DNA of 64,000 bases from assembly GCA_013813715.1 (NCBI GenBank), contig JACCRF010000148.1, positions 6,562-70,561 of the forward strand, in the 5' to 3' direction. A program made the translations under genes and the position numbers. Source of the stretch: Gemmatimonadaceae bacterium. GTDB taxonomy: Bacteria; Gemmatimonadota; Gemmatimonadetes; Gemmatimonadales; Gemmatimonadaceae. Shown here in pieces: positions 45,280-55,097 of the stretch (its first letter is position 1; the number at the start of each line of letters is the position of its first letter). A model generated the notes under the pieces. The model was given only the letters and a program-made list of their open reading frames with translations. It searched no databases and was not told the origin of the DNA.

Positions 45280-46260
45280 CTCTTGTGCGGCTATCTGCAT
45301 CGTGCACTCGCCGCCGTCCCATCTCGCGTTGAGAGTCGTCCCCGGGGCGACCTCGCGCCGCACCATCGCCAGCGCGACTCCGCCTTGCCGCGGTGACATC
45401 GCCACGCTCCTCACGTCTCCGACAACATTCCCGGCATCGTCAAGCAGCTCCGCGTTCGTCGGCGGAACGGCCGCGCTCACGAAATGCAGTCGGCGCAGAA
45501 AGCGGTTTACATGCCCGCGGAAATGCACCCGGGCGACCGTCTCCTGTCCGGTGTAGCAGCCCTTCGTGTACGAGATGGCGCCGAGCGCGTCGAAGTTCGC
45601 CTCCTGAGGAATTGTCGCATCGTTCATGTCGATCCCCCATTCGGGGCGCCCCGCCTCGATGCGGGCGATGTCCCACGCCCTCGCCCCGCCCGGGATCGCT
45701 CCCCCAGACAGCAAGCGCTCACGCAGCCTGGGCTCAGCCGCGGAAGGCGCGAAGATCTCGTAACCTTCGACATCCACCTCCGTCACACGCACCACCATCT
45801 GCCGCGCATCGGCATCGCCCACTCTGATGTGCCCGTACGGCGGAAGGGCTGCGAGCATATCCTCGTCGACACCGGCAACACTCGCAACAAGCTTCCGGGA
45901 CTTCGGTCCGAACACGCCGAGGTCCCGCGTCTCGGCGGACACGTCACGGTACGGAGCGATTCGGGGATTGATGTATTTGGTAACGATCTCTCGCCAGTTG
46001 GACCCGGCGCGCGCGGACGTGTCAGTGATCAGTCCTTCGTCATCGGCGAAAATGCGCAGATCGGCCGCAATCTTTCCTTTGGGGGTGAGTGCCCCCGCGT
46101 ACTGTCCGTGCCCGGGAGTGAGCGACAGCACATCGTTCGTGACGAGTCCGGTCACAAGCTCCGCCGCCTTTGCGCCCCCGAACCGAATGCGTACGCGGTC
46201 GCTACGATCGATGAGCAGCGCGCCCGAGCGCATCGCAGAGTATTCGCTCGCGTCCGTCAT
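45262..46260 (-). CDS. ygfZ: YgfZ/GcvT-family folate-binding protein
   Basis: KGCYTGQE signature, LTPKGKI, ARIEAG.P. The 505-aa ORF-track extension overlaps glcF and is rejected. Confidence 0.85.
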   Translation of the reverse strand: MTDASEYSAMRSGALLIDRSDRVRIRFGGAKAAELVTGLVTNDVLSLTPGHGQYAGALTPKGKIAADLRIFADDEGLITDTSARAGSNWREIVTKYINPRIAPYRDVSAETRDLGVFGPKSRKLVASVAGVDEDMLAALPPYGHIRVGDADARQMVVRVTEVDVEGYEIFAPSAAEPRLRERLLSGGAIPGGARAWDIARIEAGRPEWGIDMNDATIPQEANFDALGAISYTKGCYTGQETVARVHFRGHVNRFLRRLHFVSAAVPPTNAELLDDAGNVVGDVRSVAMSPRQGGVALAMVRREVAPGTTLNARWDGGECTMQIAAQEKGATG

Positions 46261-46334
46261 ACCCGCAATTAAAACGGAGATTTCCGGGAAAGCTACTGGG
46301 GTCAGGTACGCGGTAGTCCGGTGCCGGCACCGAA

Positions 46335-47654
46335 CTACCGCTCCGATCCAGCGTACGAAGCATCCAGCAGATCCACAGGGTGTATCGCGCGCGCCTTCGA
46401 ACCCGAGCGAATCAACCCCGCTCCGATCTGCATCAGACACCCGGGATTGCCCGTTGCGACGAATGGCGCGCCGGTCTCGGCGATATGCGCCAGTTTTGGC
46501 GCAAGCACCGCGTCCGACGTTTCGGGCTCGATGAGGTTGTAGATGCCTGCGCTTCCGCAGCAGTTCTCCGCTTCGACAAGCGGAATGAGATCGAGCTCCG
46601 GAATCGCGGCCAGCACCGAGAGCGGCTGGGTCACCACTCGCTGCGCATGGACAAGGTGGCAGGGCGCGTCGTATGTCACCCGCAGCGCGAGAGGGCCGCC
46701 CCGGGCAGGACCAGCCGCCGCGAGAAGCTCGCTGATGTCCCGCACCCGCTTTCCGACCGACTCTGCACGCTCGCTCCAATCAGGATCGTCGCGGAGCAGG
46801 TGGCCGTACTCCTTCATCATCGCGCCGCACCCTGCCGCATTCACCGCGATGAACTCGGCCCCGGACCGCTCGAACGCCGCGGTGTTGCGCCGGGCGAGCC
46901 GGCGGGCCGTCTCGAGGTCACCCGCGTGCGCGTGAAGCGCTCCACAGCACTCCTGCTTCGCCGCATCGACAGTGGCATACCCGTTTCTGCGCAGAACACG
47001 CTCGGTGGCCCGGTTCGTTTCGCCGAACAGGCCCTCCATCACGCATCCGAGAAGGACGGCCACCTTTCCTCGTGCTCCGGTAGCGCTCGTCGCATATGGA
47101 TCGCGCTCGAGCGGTGACCCGGTGGAAGCGAGCATCGCCATCGCGAAACCAAGGCGGCCGTTCGCTTTCGCAAGCACTGTCGGGACAGGCGAAGCAGCGA
47201 GCAGCCGCGAAAGGAACATCGCCCCACGCAGGAGCAGCCGGTGCGAGAAGACCCAGAGGATCAGTCGCGCGGCAAATGGCGGGCGACGCGCTTCCCGCAA
47301 TGTTGCCCGCGTCGCCTCGAGGAGATGGCCGTACGGAACGCCCGACGGACACGCGGTCTCGCATGCCCGGCATCCCAGGCAGCGGTCGATGTGCGCATGC
47401 ACACTGCTGTCGTCCGGAGTGACTGTGCCCTCGAGCAGCGATCTCATCAGGAAGATTCTGCCACGTGGGCTCTCGTTCTCGTCCTCGAGCGCGAGATAAG
47501 TTGGACACGCCTGAAGGCAGAATCCGCAGTGCACGCAGGCGTTGATTCCCGGCAGCGCCGCCGCGAGCGGACTGTCCGGGAGCGCGCACGCGGGTCTCGC
47601 GTCCGCAGGTGCTCCATCGGTCTCGTCGTCGGTAAACGGAGTGGAGGTGCTCAT
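46335..47654 (-). CDS. glcF: Glycolate oxidase Fe-S subunit
   Basis: CVHCGFCLQACP and CLGCRACETACP ferredoxin motifs; two CCG domains; third gene of the operon. Confidence 0.9.
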   Translation of the reverse strand: MSTSTPFTDDETDGAPADARPACALPDSPLAAALPGINACVHCGFCLQACPTYLALEDENESPRGRIFLMRSLLEGTVTPDDSSVHAHIDRCLGCRACETACPSGVPYGHLLEATRATLREARRPPFAARLILWVFSHRLLLRGAMFLSRLLAASPVPTVLAKANGRLGFAMAMLASTGSPLERDPYATSATGARGKVAVLLGCVMEGLFGETNRATERVLRRNGYATVDAAKQECCGALHAHAGDLETARRLARRNTAAFERSGAEFIAVNAAGCGAMMKEYGHLLRDDPDWSERAESVGKRVRDISELLAAAGPARGGPLALRVTYDAPCHLVHAQRVVTQPLSVLAAIPELDLIPLVEAENCCGSAGIYNLIEPETSDAVLAPKLAHIAETGAPFVATGNPGCLMQIGAGLIRSGSKARAIHPVDLLDASYAGSER

Positions 47655-48778
47655 GCCATGGCGCCGAGTATTCCGGGATTGAGGATGCCGCTCGGATCGA
47701 ACGCCCGTTTGATGCCCAACGATAAGCGATCGGATACGAAGGTCGGAGCCAGGGAGGTCCATGCCGCGGCGGGAAGCCGCTCAGGGATGACGGTGCAACG
47801 CTCCGTCGACGAAATGAGCCGCGACAATAGCTCGGCGCTTGCGGCTGCAGGTGCGGGCAGTATGCAACGCACGATGCCGAGCCCGGCGCTCGCCTGCGTC
47901 ATCGCGCCTTCGGTGGCGGCCAGCACGTTGCGCGTATTGTTCCAGAGCTCGGCGATGCGCGCTGGCAGCACCGAAAGCCGAATCACCGCCGCGGCCCCGT
48001 CGTCTGCGATGCGGAACCGGCTCCATATACTCGTTGGAACCTCCACGGCACCGAGCGAGGCGAATGCCTGGAGCTGCGCGGCGACCGAGGCTGTGTTTCC
48101 GCCAAGGTGGATCAGAATCGCTGTTCGCGGGGCGAGCCCGCAGTGCCGCGCGGTCGCGGAGTCAACGAGCTCGACGGCATGCGGAACCGCGGGCGCCGCC
48201 AGGATTGCCGCGATCCTCTCGCCGAGCCGCCTTTCGTCGGGAACCCTGACGGCGATCGTCGCCGGATTCGGCGGGAGGGAATACAACCGCAGCGTGACCT
48301 CGGTCACGATGCCCAACGTTCCCCACGATCCGGTGATCATCCGCACAAGGTCGAACCCGGCGACGTTTTTCACCACGCGGCCGCCGCCTCTGACGACGCT
48401 TCCGACGCCAGTGACGAACTCGGCCCCCAGGATGAGATCCCGGATGCCGCCGAATCCATGGGCGAGCGGGCCGAACGACCCCGTCGCGACTGTGGCGCCG
48501 ATGGTGCCGTCCTCGCTTCCGTGCGGATCGAGGGGCAGGTACTGCCCCTCCTTCGCCGTGATCCTGGCGAGCTCGCGAAGCGTTGTCCCCGACCGTACTG
48601 TGATCGTAAGGTCTCCCGGGACGTAGTCGGCAACTCCGGTGTGCGTGGCCAGCGTTGCGATTCGCCCTGCGTGCACGGGGCGCCCTGCGTCCATCCAGTG
48701 CGCGCGCCCGGAAATGCGGAGAGGCGTGCCTGCCGCGCCTGCTTCGCGGACCAGCCGCTGGATTTCCTGCACGCTCAT
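47651..48778 (-). CDS. glcE: Glycolate oxidase FAD-binding subunit
   Basis: YVPGDLTITVRSG, TIGATVATG, GGRVVKNVAGFDL..GSWGTLG, FDPSGILNPG. Confidence 0.88.
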   Translation of the reverse strand: MSVQEIQRLVREAGAAGTPLRISGRAHWMDAGRPVHAGRIATLATHTGVADYVPGDLTITVRSGTTLRELARITAKEGQYLPLDPHGSEDGTIGATVATGSFGPLAHGFGGIRDLILGAEFVTGVGSVVRGGGRVVKNVAGFDLVRMITGSWGTLGIVTEVTLRLYSLPPNPATIAVRVPDERRLGERIAAILAAPAVPHAVELVDSATARHCGLAPRTAILIHLGGNTASVAAQLQAFASLGAVEVPTSIWSRFRIADDGAAAVIRLSVLPARIAELWNNTRNVLAATEGAMTQASAGLGIVRCILPAPAAASAELLSRLISSTERCTVIPERLPAAAWTSLAPTFVSDRLSLGIKRAFDPSGILNPGILGAMA

Positions 48779-50220
48779 CGCGACGCCGCTACCGCCTGCG
48801 AGCGTCGTGATGCAGGCGTGCCGATCCATTCCTTGCACGAATGGATCGGGACAACCTTGCCGGGGTTTGCCCGGCGCTCGGGATCGAACACCTCACGCAG
48901 GCTGCACATCGCGGCGAGCGAATCGGGCGAGAAGATCAGATCGATGTAGCCGAGCTTGTCGAGCCCGACTCCGTGCTCACCAGTTATGCTTCCTCCCGCG
49001 TCAACGCACGCACGCATGATCTGGCCCATCGCCGTGTGCACGCGCCCGCTCTCGTCCGGATCGTCGGCGTTGTAAGGAATGTTGGGATGGAGATTTCCGT
49101 CGCCGGCGTGGAAGACGTTGCAGACCTCGACTCGGTTCGCTTCCGCGATCACCCGAATGCGCGCGAGAATTTCCGCGAGCCGCGTGCGCGGAATCACCGC
49201 ATCCTGCACGACGAGATGCGGCGCGAGACGCCCCATGGCGCCGAACGCCTTCTTCCGCCCTTGCCAGAGTCGCAGCCGCTCGGCGTCATTCTGCGCGACG
49301 CGGACCGTCCGGGCGCCGCCTTCCTCGCAGATTCGGCGTACCGTGTCGCGATCGGCATCCACTCCTGCGACAAGACCGTCGAGCTCGATGAGAAGTATGG
49401 CCTCCGCGTCTGCCGGATATCCGGCCGCGTATACCGACGCCTCCACGACCCGGATCGTCGCCCCATCCATGAACTCGAGTGCCGCAGGGACGATCCCCGA
49501 CGCGATGATCGCTGACGTAACGCGAGCCGCCTCATCCACCGAAATAAAGTCCGCGAGCATCGTCCTCACCGCCGCGGGCTTGGGTGTGAGCTTAACAGTG
49601 ATGTCGAGCGCGACACCGAAGCACCCCTCCGACCCGATGAACGCGCCCAACAAATCGTAGCCCCTCCGCTCACCCTCGGCGTTGCCCAGCTGGACGATCT
49701 CGCCGTCGGGGAGAATCGCCGTAATGGCGAGGATGTGATTCAGTGTCACCCCGTACTTGAGGCAGTGGGGCCCACCCGCATTCTCGGCAACATTTCCACC
49801 GATGGTGCATGCCGCCTCGCTCGACGGGTCCGGCGCGTAGATGAGACCGAGCGGTGCCACCGTCCGGTTGAGCGCGAGGTTCACGACACCGGGCTCGACG
49901 ACGGCGCGCTGGTTCTCCCGGTCGATAGAAATCACGCGTTTGAGGCGGTGCATTCCCAGGAGGACGACGTCGTCCGCCAGTGCGCCGCCCGACAGTCCGG
50001 TACCAGCTCCCCGCGGTACGAACGGCGTGCCGTCGGCGGCCAGTGCCCGAACCACCGCGACTGCCTCGTCACGGTCGCCCGGAAAGACAGCCAACCGCGG
50101 CATGCGGCGGTATCCGGGAAGCCCGTCCGAATTGTAGACGAGGAGGTCGGTCTGCCGGCGGAGGACGAAGCGGTCGCCGACGATCGACCCGAGCTGTGCC
50201 GCCAGCGCCGACTCGGTCAC
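48775..50220 (-). CDS. glcD: Glycolate oxidase subunit (FAD-linked oxidase)
   Basis: PRGAGTGLSGG, PDPSS, GGNVAENAGG.HCLKYG, HAGDGNLHP, GEHGVG, NPGK. Confidence 0.92.
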   Translation of the reverse strand: MTESALAAQLGSIVGDRFVLRRQTDLLVYNSDGLPGYRRMPRLAVFPGDRDEAVAVVRALAADGTPFVPRGAGTGLSGGALADDVVLLGMHRLKRVISIDRENQRAVVEPGVVNLALNRTVAPLGLIYAPDPSSEAACTIGGNVAENAGGPHCLKYGVTLNHILAITAILPDGEIVQLGNAEGERRGYDLLGAFIGSEGCFGVALDITVKLTPKPAAVRTMLADFISVDEAARVTSAIIASGIVPAALEFMDGATIRVVEASVYAAGYPADAEAILLIELDGLVAGVDADRDTVRRICEEGGARTVRVAQNDAERLRLWQGRKKAFGAMGRLAPHLVVQDAVIPRTRLAEILARIRVIAEANRVEVCNVFHAGDGNLHPNIPYNADDPDESGRVHTAMGQIMRACVDAGGSITGEHGVGLDKLGYIDLIFSPDSLAAMCSLREVFDPERRANPGKVVPIHSCKEWIGTPASRRSQAVAASR

Positions 50221-50226
50221 CAGGTT

Positions 50227-51129
50227 CTAGGAGGGCGAGAGAGGTTTGGCGGGGTCTTCATCGGTCGAGGCGATCACAACGTGCAGTGCGTCGCGGGCTA
50301 TTCGGTACTCCAGTGGAGTTGGCATCGACTTGATCTCACCGTCCGCCGCGACGCGCGCGAGTGACTTTCGCATAGTGATCCTGCAACGCTCCACGATGAA
50401 GCTGTCGAGTTCGATGGTTCGGGAGACCTCATCCACTCCCTTGAAGATAGCGCCGATCACGAGCGCGAGGAGTCTCAGCCTGCCGCGGTCACGCACCACC
50501 ATCACGTGGAGCCCGCGCTGCCCATCCTTCACGCGGTTGCCGAGGGTGGGGAACTGGAGCTCGCGCTCGTCCACGCCGACGAAGACCACCGACGCGCGAT
50601 AAACCTGTGCCTTGCCTTCGACCTCCAGCTCGACCGCGACTTTCCGCATCCGGAGGAACGTCTGAATGAGGGCCAGCACGCTTGCCATCTTGTATGGGAG
50701 GCGCTTCTCGAGCTTTTCGCGGACCCGCGCGAAAATCACGTACGCGCCTATCGAGCTCGTATTCAGGAAGAGCTTGTCTCCGACATATGCCACGTCGGTT
50801 GTCGCAACGGCCGGCCCGGCGGCTACCCGGGCCGCTTCCTCCAGATTTTCGGGAATGCCGAGATCCCTGGCGAAATGGTTGAGGGTGCCGGCGGGCAGGA
50901 CCGCCAGCTCGACTTCGGTTCCGGCAACGACCCCCGCACCGGTTGCTATGCTGCCGTCGCCACCCGCAACCAGGACGCGGCGGGCGCCTTCGCCAACCGC
51001 GGTGCGGACCAAGGACTCGAGCTGAGCCGGATCGATTTCCCTTACATCGAAAAGGCCCGTGGACGCGAGTGCGTCACGAGCCTTTTCTGCGTTTCCTGCT
51101 CCCGGGTTGACGAACGCTGGAATTCGCAT
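50227..51129 (-). CDS. Diacylglycerol/lipid kinase family protein (YegS/BmrU-like)
   Basis: NPGAG, AGGDGS, LPAGTLNHFARDLG, FLNTSSIG, AADGE. Confidence 0.88.
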   Translation of the reverse strand: MRIPAFVNPGAGNAEKARDALASTGLFDVREIDPAQLESLVRTAVGEGARRVLVAGGDGSIATGAGVVAGTEVELAVLPAGTLNHFARDLGIPENLEEAARVAAGPAVATTDVAYVGDKLFLNTSSIGAYVIFARVREKLEKRLPYKMASVLALIQTFLRMRKVAVELEVEGKAQVYRASVVFVGVDERELQFPTLGNRVKDGQRGLHVMVVRDRGRLRLLALVIGAIFKGVDEVSRTIELDSFIVERCRITMRKSLARVAADGEIKSMPTPLEYRIARDALHVVIASTDEDPAKPLSPS

Positions 51130-51152
51130 GGCGCCCGTCACCAGCGAAGGGC

Positions 51153-52046
51153 CTAGTCCGCGGTCCAGAACCCCGACAAGGCGGCGCCGTCAGGAGACTC
51201 CCGGAGCTTCTCGAAAGCGCGCTCGCGAATCTGCCGGATTCGCTCGCGCGTGACGCCCATCAGCGCGCCGATCTTCTCCAGGGTCATCGCATCCGATCCC
51301 TGCTCAAGCCCATAGTACAGATGAAGGATCTTCCGTTCCCGTGGCGTCAGATACTTCCTGAACACCTTGTCGATGAACTCCTTCATCAGGTGGAAGTCGG
51401 TGACTTCCTCGATCTCGTCCCCGTTCACCCCCGCGAATCGCTCACCTAGCGTGCAGGCCTCGCGGTCGGATCGATCGATAGGAGCGTCGAGTGATATCTC
51501 GGTGGCGGACATCTGCTTGGCCGAACGTACTGCATCGGGGCTTTCTTCGAGGAGACGGCCGATCTCGTGGTCGGTCGGGTCGCGTTTGAGAACCTGGGAA
51601 AGAACTGTCTGGGCGCGGGCCAGCTTGATGAGCTGGGAGTTCTGGTTCAGGGGGATACGGACTGACCGGGTCTGCTCCGCCAACGCCTTGAGGACTGCCT
51701 GCCTCACCCACCAGACCGCGTAAGAGATGAACTTCACCCCCTGCTCGGGGTCGAATTTTCGTACGGCCTTCAGCAGTCCTTCGTTGCCGATTGCGACTAG
51801 CTCGCTCAGGTCGAGTCCGTGGCCCTGGTACTTTTTTACATAGGAGATGACGAACCGGAGGTTGGCAGTGACAAGTCTTTCGGCTGCCTTTTCGTCACCG
51901 CCCTGGGCACGTCTTGCCAGCCGGCGCTCCTCTTCGGCGTCCGTTATCAGCGGGAGCTTCTGGATGTCCTGGAGGTACTGGTCGAATGCGGTTGAGGGTG
52001 ACGAACGGAAAAAGCCTTTAGACTTGCTCTCGGTCGAAGTCTGCAT
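51153..52046 (-). CDS. RpoD/SigA-family sigma70 factor lacking region 1.1
   Basis: YLQDI, NLRFV, GNEGLLKAVRKFDP..KFISYAVWWVRQ, RSVRIP, TLEKIG..TRERIRQI. Confidence 0.93.
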   Translation of the reverse strand: MQTSTESKSKGFFRSSPSTAFDQYLQDIQKLPLITDAEEERRLARRAQGGDEKAAERLVTANLRFVISYVKKYQGHGLDLSELVAIGNEGLLKAVRKFDPEQGVKFISYAVWWVRQAVLKALAEQTRSVRIPLNQNSQLIKLARAQTVLSQVLKRDPTDHEIGRLLEESPDAVRSAKQMSATEISLDAPIDRSDREACTLGERFAGVNGDEIEEVTDFHLMKEFIDKVFRKYLTPRERKILHLYYGLEQGSDAMTLEKIGALMGVTRERIRQIRERAFEKLRESPDGAALSGFWTAD

Positions 52047-52065
52047 TCGTGCCCCAGATCAGTTG

Positions 52066-52074
52066 TGTGGATAA
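52066..52074 (-). promoter_or_regulatory. Consensus DnaA box TTATCCACA
   Basis: Exact 9-mer, 20 nt upstream of the sigma factor ATG. Confidence 0.45.
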
Positions 52075-52107
52075 GCACATTTGTGCTCGCCGGTCACTTA
52101 TGGGCGC

Positions 52108-52137
52108 ACATTAACAACGGTATACGGTTCAGGTCAA
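52108..52137 (-). promoter_or_regulatory. Putative sigma70 promoter TTGACC-N18-TAATGT with extended -10 (TGn)
   Basis: Read on the minus strand upstream of the sigma gene. Confidence 0.5.
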
Positions 52138-52173
52138 CAGCCACGTTTCGTGCCAACGCCGAAACGCGGGTGT

Positions 52174-52356
52174 TTACATCGTCGTCGGCGGATCTTTGGT
52201 CTTCGTTCGGCTCGTTCCCGTCAAAATCCCGATGCCAATGAGGACGATTACCCCCACAACGATCCACGTCGTCGGCACACCGAGGAGGTAGGCGGCGACC
52301 GCGAGTCCGATGATCAGAACCACGAATCCGATCAGATATGTACTGAAGGACGACAT
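52174..52356 (-). CDS. Small two-TM membrane protein (60 aa)
   Basis: SD AGGAG; MSSFSTYLIGFVVLIIG..WIVVGVIVLIGIGIL..RTKTKDP. Confidence 0.8.
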   Translation of the reverse strand: MSSFSTYLIGFVVLIIGLAVAAYLLGVPTTWIVVGVIVLIGIGILTGTSRTKTKDPPTTM

Positions 52357-52425
52357 GGGTTAACTCCTGTGTCTTGTTGAGCCGGATCAGGGCAAAACCA
52401 GGGCCAAGCTTCGGTCAAGGGCCTC

Positions 52426-52531
52426 ACCGCAGGGAACACAGGGGGACGCAGGGGATCGCAGGGAACAACAACATAATTTTTTTGTTATCAATTCCGCTGC
52501 GACCTCTGCAGTCCCCTGCGTTCTCTGCGGT
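52426..52531. repeat. Palindromic element with about 35-bp imperfect arms and an AT-rich spacer
   Basis: ACCGCAGGGAACACAGGGGGACGCAGGGGATCGCAG versus the reverse complement of the right arm, ACCGCAGAGAACGCAGGGGACTGCAGAGGTCGCAG. Confidence 0.8.
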
Positions 52532-52553
52532 AAGATCTTTTCTGTCTCTTGAC

Positions 52554-53204
52554 CTAGCGCCCCGCGAGCCCGTCGATGAGCGATGCGATTGCGGCGAGGT
52601 CCGGGATGAGATTCAGGTCCACCGTCGCCGTGAGGGGCTGGCGCTCCGCGGCGCGCGATACGAGTACCGCCCGGCCGTGCTGTCTGCCGAAGCGGGTTGC
52701 CTGCCGGCAGGATGGAGTCCAGATGTCGAGCGTAGCCCCGATGACATTGCCGCCCGTATCGTCAACGAGGAAGCGGCCGAGGTATTTCTTGCCCATGAAA
52801 ACTTCGACGTAGCGGGCGAGAGGAAAGATGCGCGGGTCGGCGGCGACGATGCCTGGCCGCACGTATCGGCCGCGGCGGGTAATCCCCTGCAGGCAGTACT
52901 GGGTCAGCGAGACTGAAATCTCTTCGCCGGGAACGGCGCGGGCGAAGCGACGCGGATCGGGGAGGAGCCCGGCGGCCCGCATCCGGATTGCCTCGCCCGC
53001 AGTCGCGCGGCGGAACTGGCCCCGTTCGGCGACGACCTTTCGCGCGGTGACGATCAGCGGGTCGAGCCATGGCTCGGCGTAGACGATGACCGGGGCGTGG
53101 TGGATAAGCCTGCTTCCGAACGGCAGCCTCGCCGCACCGGTCCCGATGAAGAGGATGGCAATGACACCCGCGATCGCAAGCCTGATCAGGTCGCCACGTT
53201 TCAA
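52554..53204 (-). CDS. 3D (Asp-Asp-Asp) domain protein with N-terminal TM/signal
   Basis: TQYCLQGITRRG, AADPRIFPL, DDTGG, LDIW; TTG start in a TTGA overlap with the aroB stop. Confidence 0.82.
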   Translation of the reverse strand: MKRGDLIRLAIAGVIAILFIGTGAARLPFGSRLIHHAPVIVYAEPWLDPLIVTARKVVAERGQFRRATAGEAIRMRAAGLLPDPRRFARAVPGEEISVSLTQYCLQGITRRGRYVRPGIVAADPRIFPLARYVEVFMGKKYLGRFLVDDTGGNVIGATLDIWTPSCRQATRFGRQHGRAVLVSRAAERQPLTATVDLNLIPDLAAIASLIDGLAGR

Positions 53205-54298
53205 ATCAGAACCTCCCGAACCAGCTCGTCGTTCACGGAAACCGTCCAGCCCGATTCCGAGCCGGCCATTTCCCCGATCCTCTTCGGAAGCGCGTACTCG
53301 ATCGCTCCCCCCTTCACCTTCTTGTCGCCCAGCATGGCGTGGAGAAGTTCGTCTGGCTTCATTCCACTGGGAAGAGTTGCCGGCAGTCCCGCCCGTTCGA
53401 CAGCAGCCCGGACCCTCCTCGCAGTGCCACCTTCCGCGACCCCTGCCAGCTCGGCAATCGAGCTTTCGACCACCATTCCGATCGCGACCGCGGCGCCGTG
53501 AGCGACTCGGTATCCGCTCCACATCTCGACCGCGTGTCCGACCGTGTGGCCGAAGTTCAGAACCTTCCGAAGGCCCGATTCGCCCGGGTCGTGCCGAACG
53601 ATATCCGACTTGATCTCAATGCTACGGACGACGAGGCGGACGAGCGAGTCACTACCGGAACCTCTTGACTCGACCAGTTCCGGAATGGCCGCCGCGACGA
53701 AATCAAAGTAACCCTCATCGGCAATAACGCCATGCTTTAGCGCCTCAGCCAACCCTTGCCGAAGTTCGTCAAGTGGAAGCGTGGCAAGGGTTTGAGTATC
53801 GGCGATGACTGCTGCCGGAGGATGAAACGCACCCACCAGATTCTTGCCTGCGGGGGTGTCGACCCCTGTCTTGCCACCGATCGAGGCATCTATCATTGAT
53901 AGAAGGGTGGTGGGAATCTGAACCACCGGAACGCCGCGCATGAAGGTCGCGGCGACGAATCCGGCGAGGTCGCCGACAACGCCGCCGCCCAGGGCGACGA
54001 TCGTGGTGTCCCGGCCGAAGCGAAGCGCCAGGAGCTCATCGGTCAGGCGGGCCCAGGTTTCGCGGGTCTTGTGCGCTTCGCCGGCTGGAACGGTGAGGAC
54101 GTGAGCTGAACGCTCCGGAAGTGACGCCAGGACTCTTTTTCCGTAGAGCGGGCCGACATTCGAGTCGGTGATGATCGCGTACCTGTGCGCTGGGGCCGAT
54201 TCCTCGATGATTTCGCCTGCGTCGGCGAGGCAGCCCGGTCCCGCTATTACTGGGTAGGGAAGGGCAACGGCAATTATTTGCCGCGAGGGTCTAGCCAT
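53201..54298 (-). CDS. aroB: 3-dehydroquinate synthase
   Basis: GEAHKT, ALGGGVVGDLAGF, PTTLLSMIDASIGGKTG, KNLVGAFHPP, LNFGHTVGHA. Confidence 0.96.
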   Translation of the reverse strand: MARPSRQIIAVALPYPVIAGPGCLADAGEIIEESAPAHRYAIITDSNVGPLYGKRVLASLPERSAHVLTVPAGEAHKTRETWARLTDELLALRFGRDTTIVALGGGVVGDLAGFVAATFMRGVPVVQIPTTLLSMIDASIGGKTGVDTPAGKNLVGAFHPPAAVIADTQTLATLPLDELRQGLAEALKHGVIADEGYFDFVAAAIPELVESRGSGSDSLVRLVVRSIEIKSDIVRHDPGESGLRKVLNFGHTVGHAVEMWSGYRVAHGAAVAIGMVVESSIAELAGVAEGGTARRVRAAVERAGLPATLPSGMKPDELLHAMLGDKKVKGGAIEYALPKRIGEMAGSESGWTVSVNDELVREVLI

Positions 54299-54338
54299 CG
54301 TCTGGCACTCCAGCGGGCGGGCGATCGCTGCGATTCAC

Positions 54339-54481
54339 AGGCATCTGCGGAGGAAAGGGAGAAATGCGAAAAAGGGGGGGGAACTACGTTGTCACGGCAT
54401 TCGCGTTTTTTCCATCAATCCTTCCGTTCCTGATCCGTTCAATCCGCCCGATCGCTTTCCACCCTTTCGTCATAGATGCCT
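54339..54481. repeat. Palindromic intergenic element with TCCGTT-type tandem units
   Basis: AGGCATCTGCGGAGGAAAGGG (54339-54359) versus the reverse complement of 54462-54481, AGGCATCTATGACGAAAGGG. Inner TCCGTTCCTGATCCGTTCAATCCG resembles the 30301 arm. Confidence 0.5.
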
Positions 54482-54524
54482 GGGAGGCGGATCCCTCATC
54501 GGTCTCCCACATTCCACTCTTCCC

Positions 54525-55070
54525 CTACCAGGTTACCTCACCAGCCCCCGCGCGGGTGTTGGCGATGCGGGCCAACGAGAAAAGCAGATCGGACAGGCGG
54601 TTGAGGTAAACAACTACGAGCTGCGGAATCTCATGGTCGCGCTGGAGATGGATCACCCGGCGCTCGGCCCGGCGGCAAACCGTACGCGCGACGTGCAACG
54701 CCGCGGACTTCGGCGTGCCACCGGGCACGATGAAGGCACGAAGGGGCTCGAGCTCGCGATCGCAGGCATCGATCGAACGCTCGAGCTCTGCGATTCTGTC
54801 GTCATCTATCCGCGCTTTGACCAGATGCTGATGCATCTTCTCCAGGTGGGGCGTTGCGAGGAGAGCGCCGATGCTGAACAAGTCGCGCTGGACCGGAACG
54901 AGCACCTCGTCGATGCGCGGCATCAGCTCGACTGAACGCGCAAGGCCGAGTACTGCGTTCAGCTCGTCGACGTCGCCGTACGCTTCGACGCGTGGATCAT
55001 CCTTGGAGACCCTTCCCCCGCCGAACAGGCCGGTTTGCCCCTCGTCGCCGGTCTTCGTGTAGATCTTCAT
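54525..55070 (-). CDS. PduO-type ATP:cob(I)alamin adenosyltransferase
   Basis: MKIYTKTGDEGQTGL, EAYGDVDELN, FIVPGG, ARTVCRRAER, YLNRLSDLLF. Confidence 0.95.
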   Translation of the reverse strand: MKIYTKTGDEGQTGLFGGGRVSKDDPRVEAYGDVDELNAVLGLARSVELMPRIDEVLVPVQRDLFSIGALLATPHLEKMHQHLVKARIDDDRIAELERSIDACDRELEPLRAFIVPGGTPKSAALHVARTVCRRAERRVIHLQRDHEIPQLVVVYLNRLSDLLFSLARIANTRAGAGEVTW

Positions 55071-55097
55071 GGTTGAAATGTCGCTATATATTTGGCG

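Noticed and set aside
52060-52140. Replication origin
   Set aside because: Only one DnaA box, no box cluster or unwinding element, and no dnaA/dnaN nearby.
53201-53204. Functional link between aroB and the 3D-domain gene (TTGA overlap)
   Set aside because: The coupling is real but no mechanistic connection is evident; it is probably an ordinary mixed operon.
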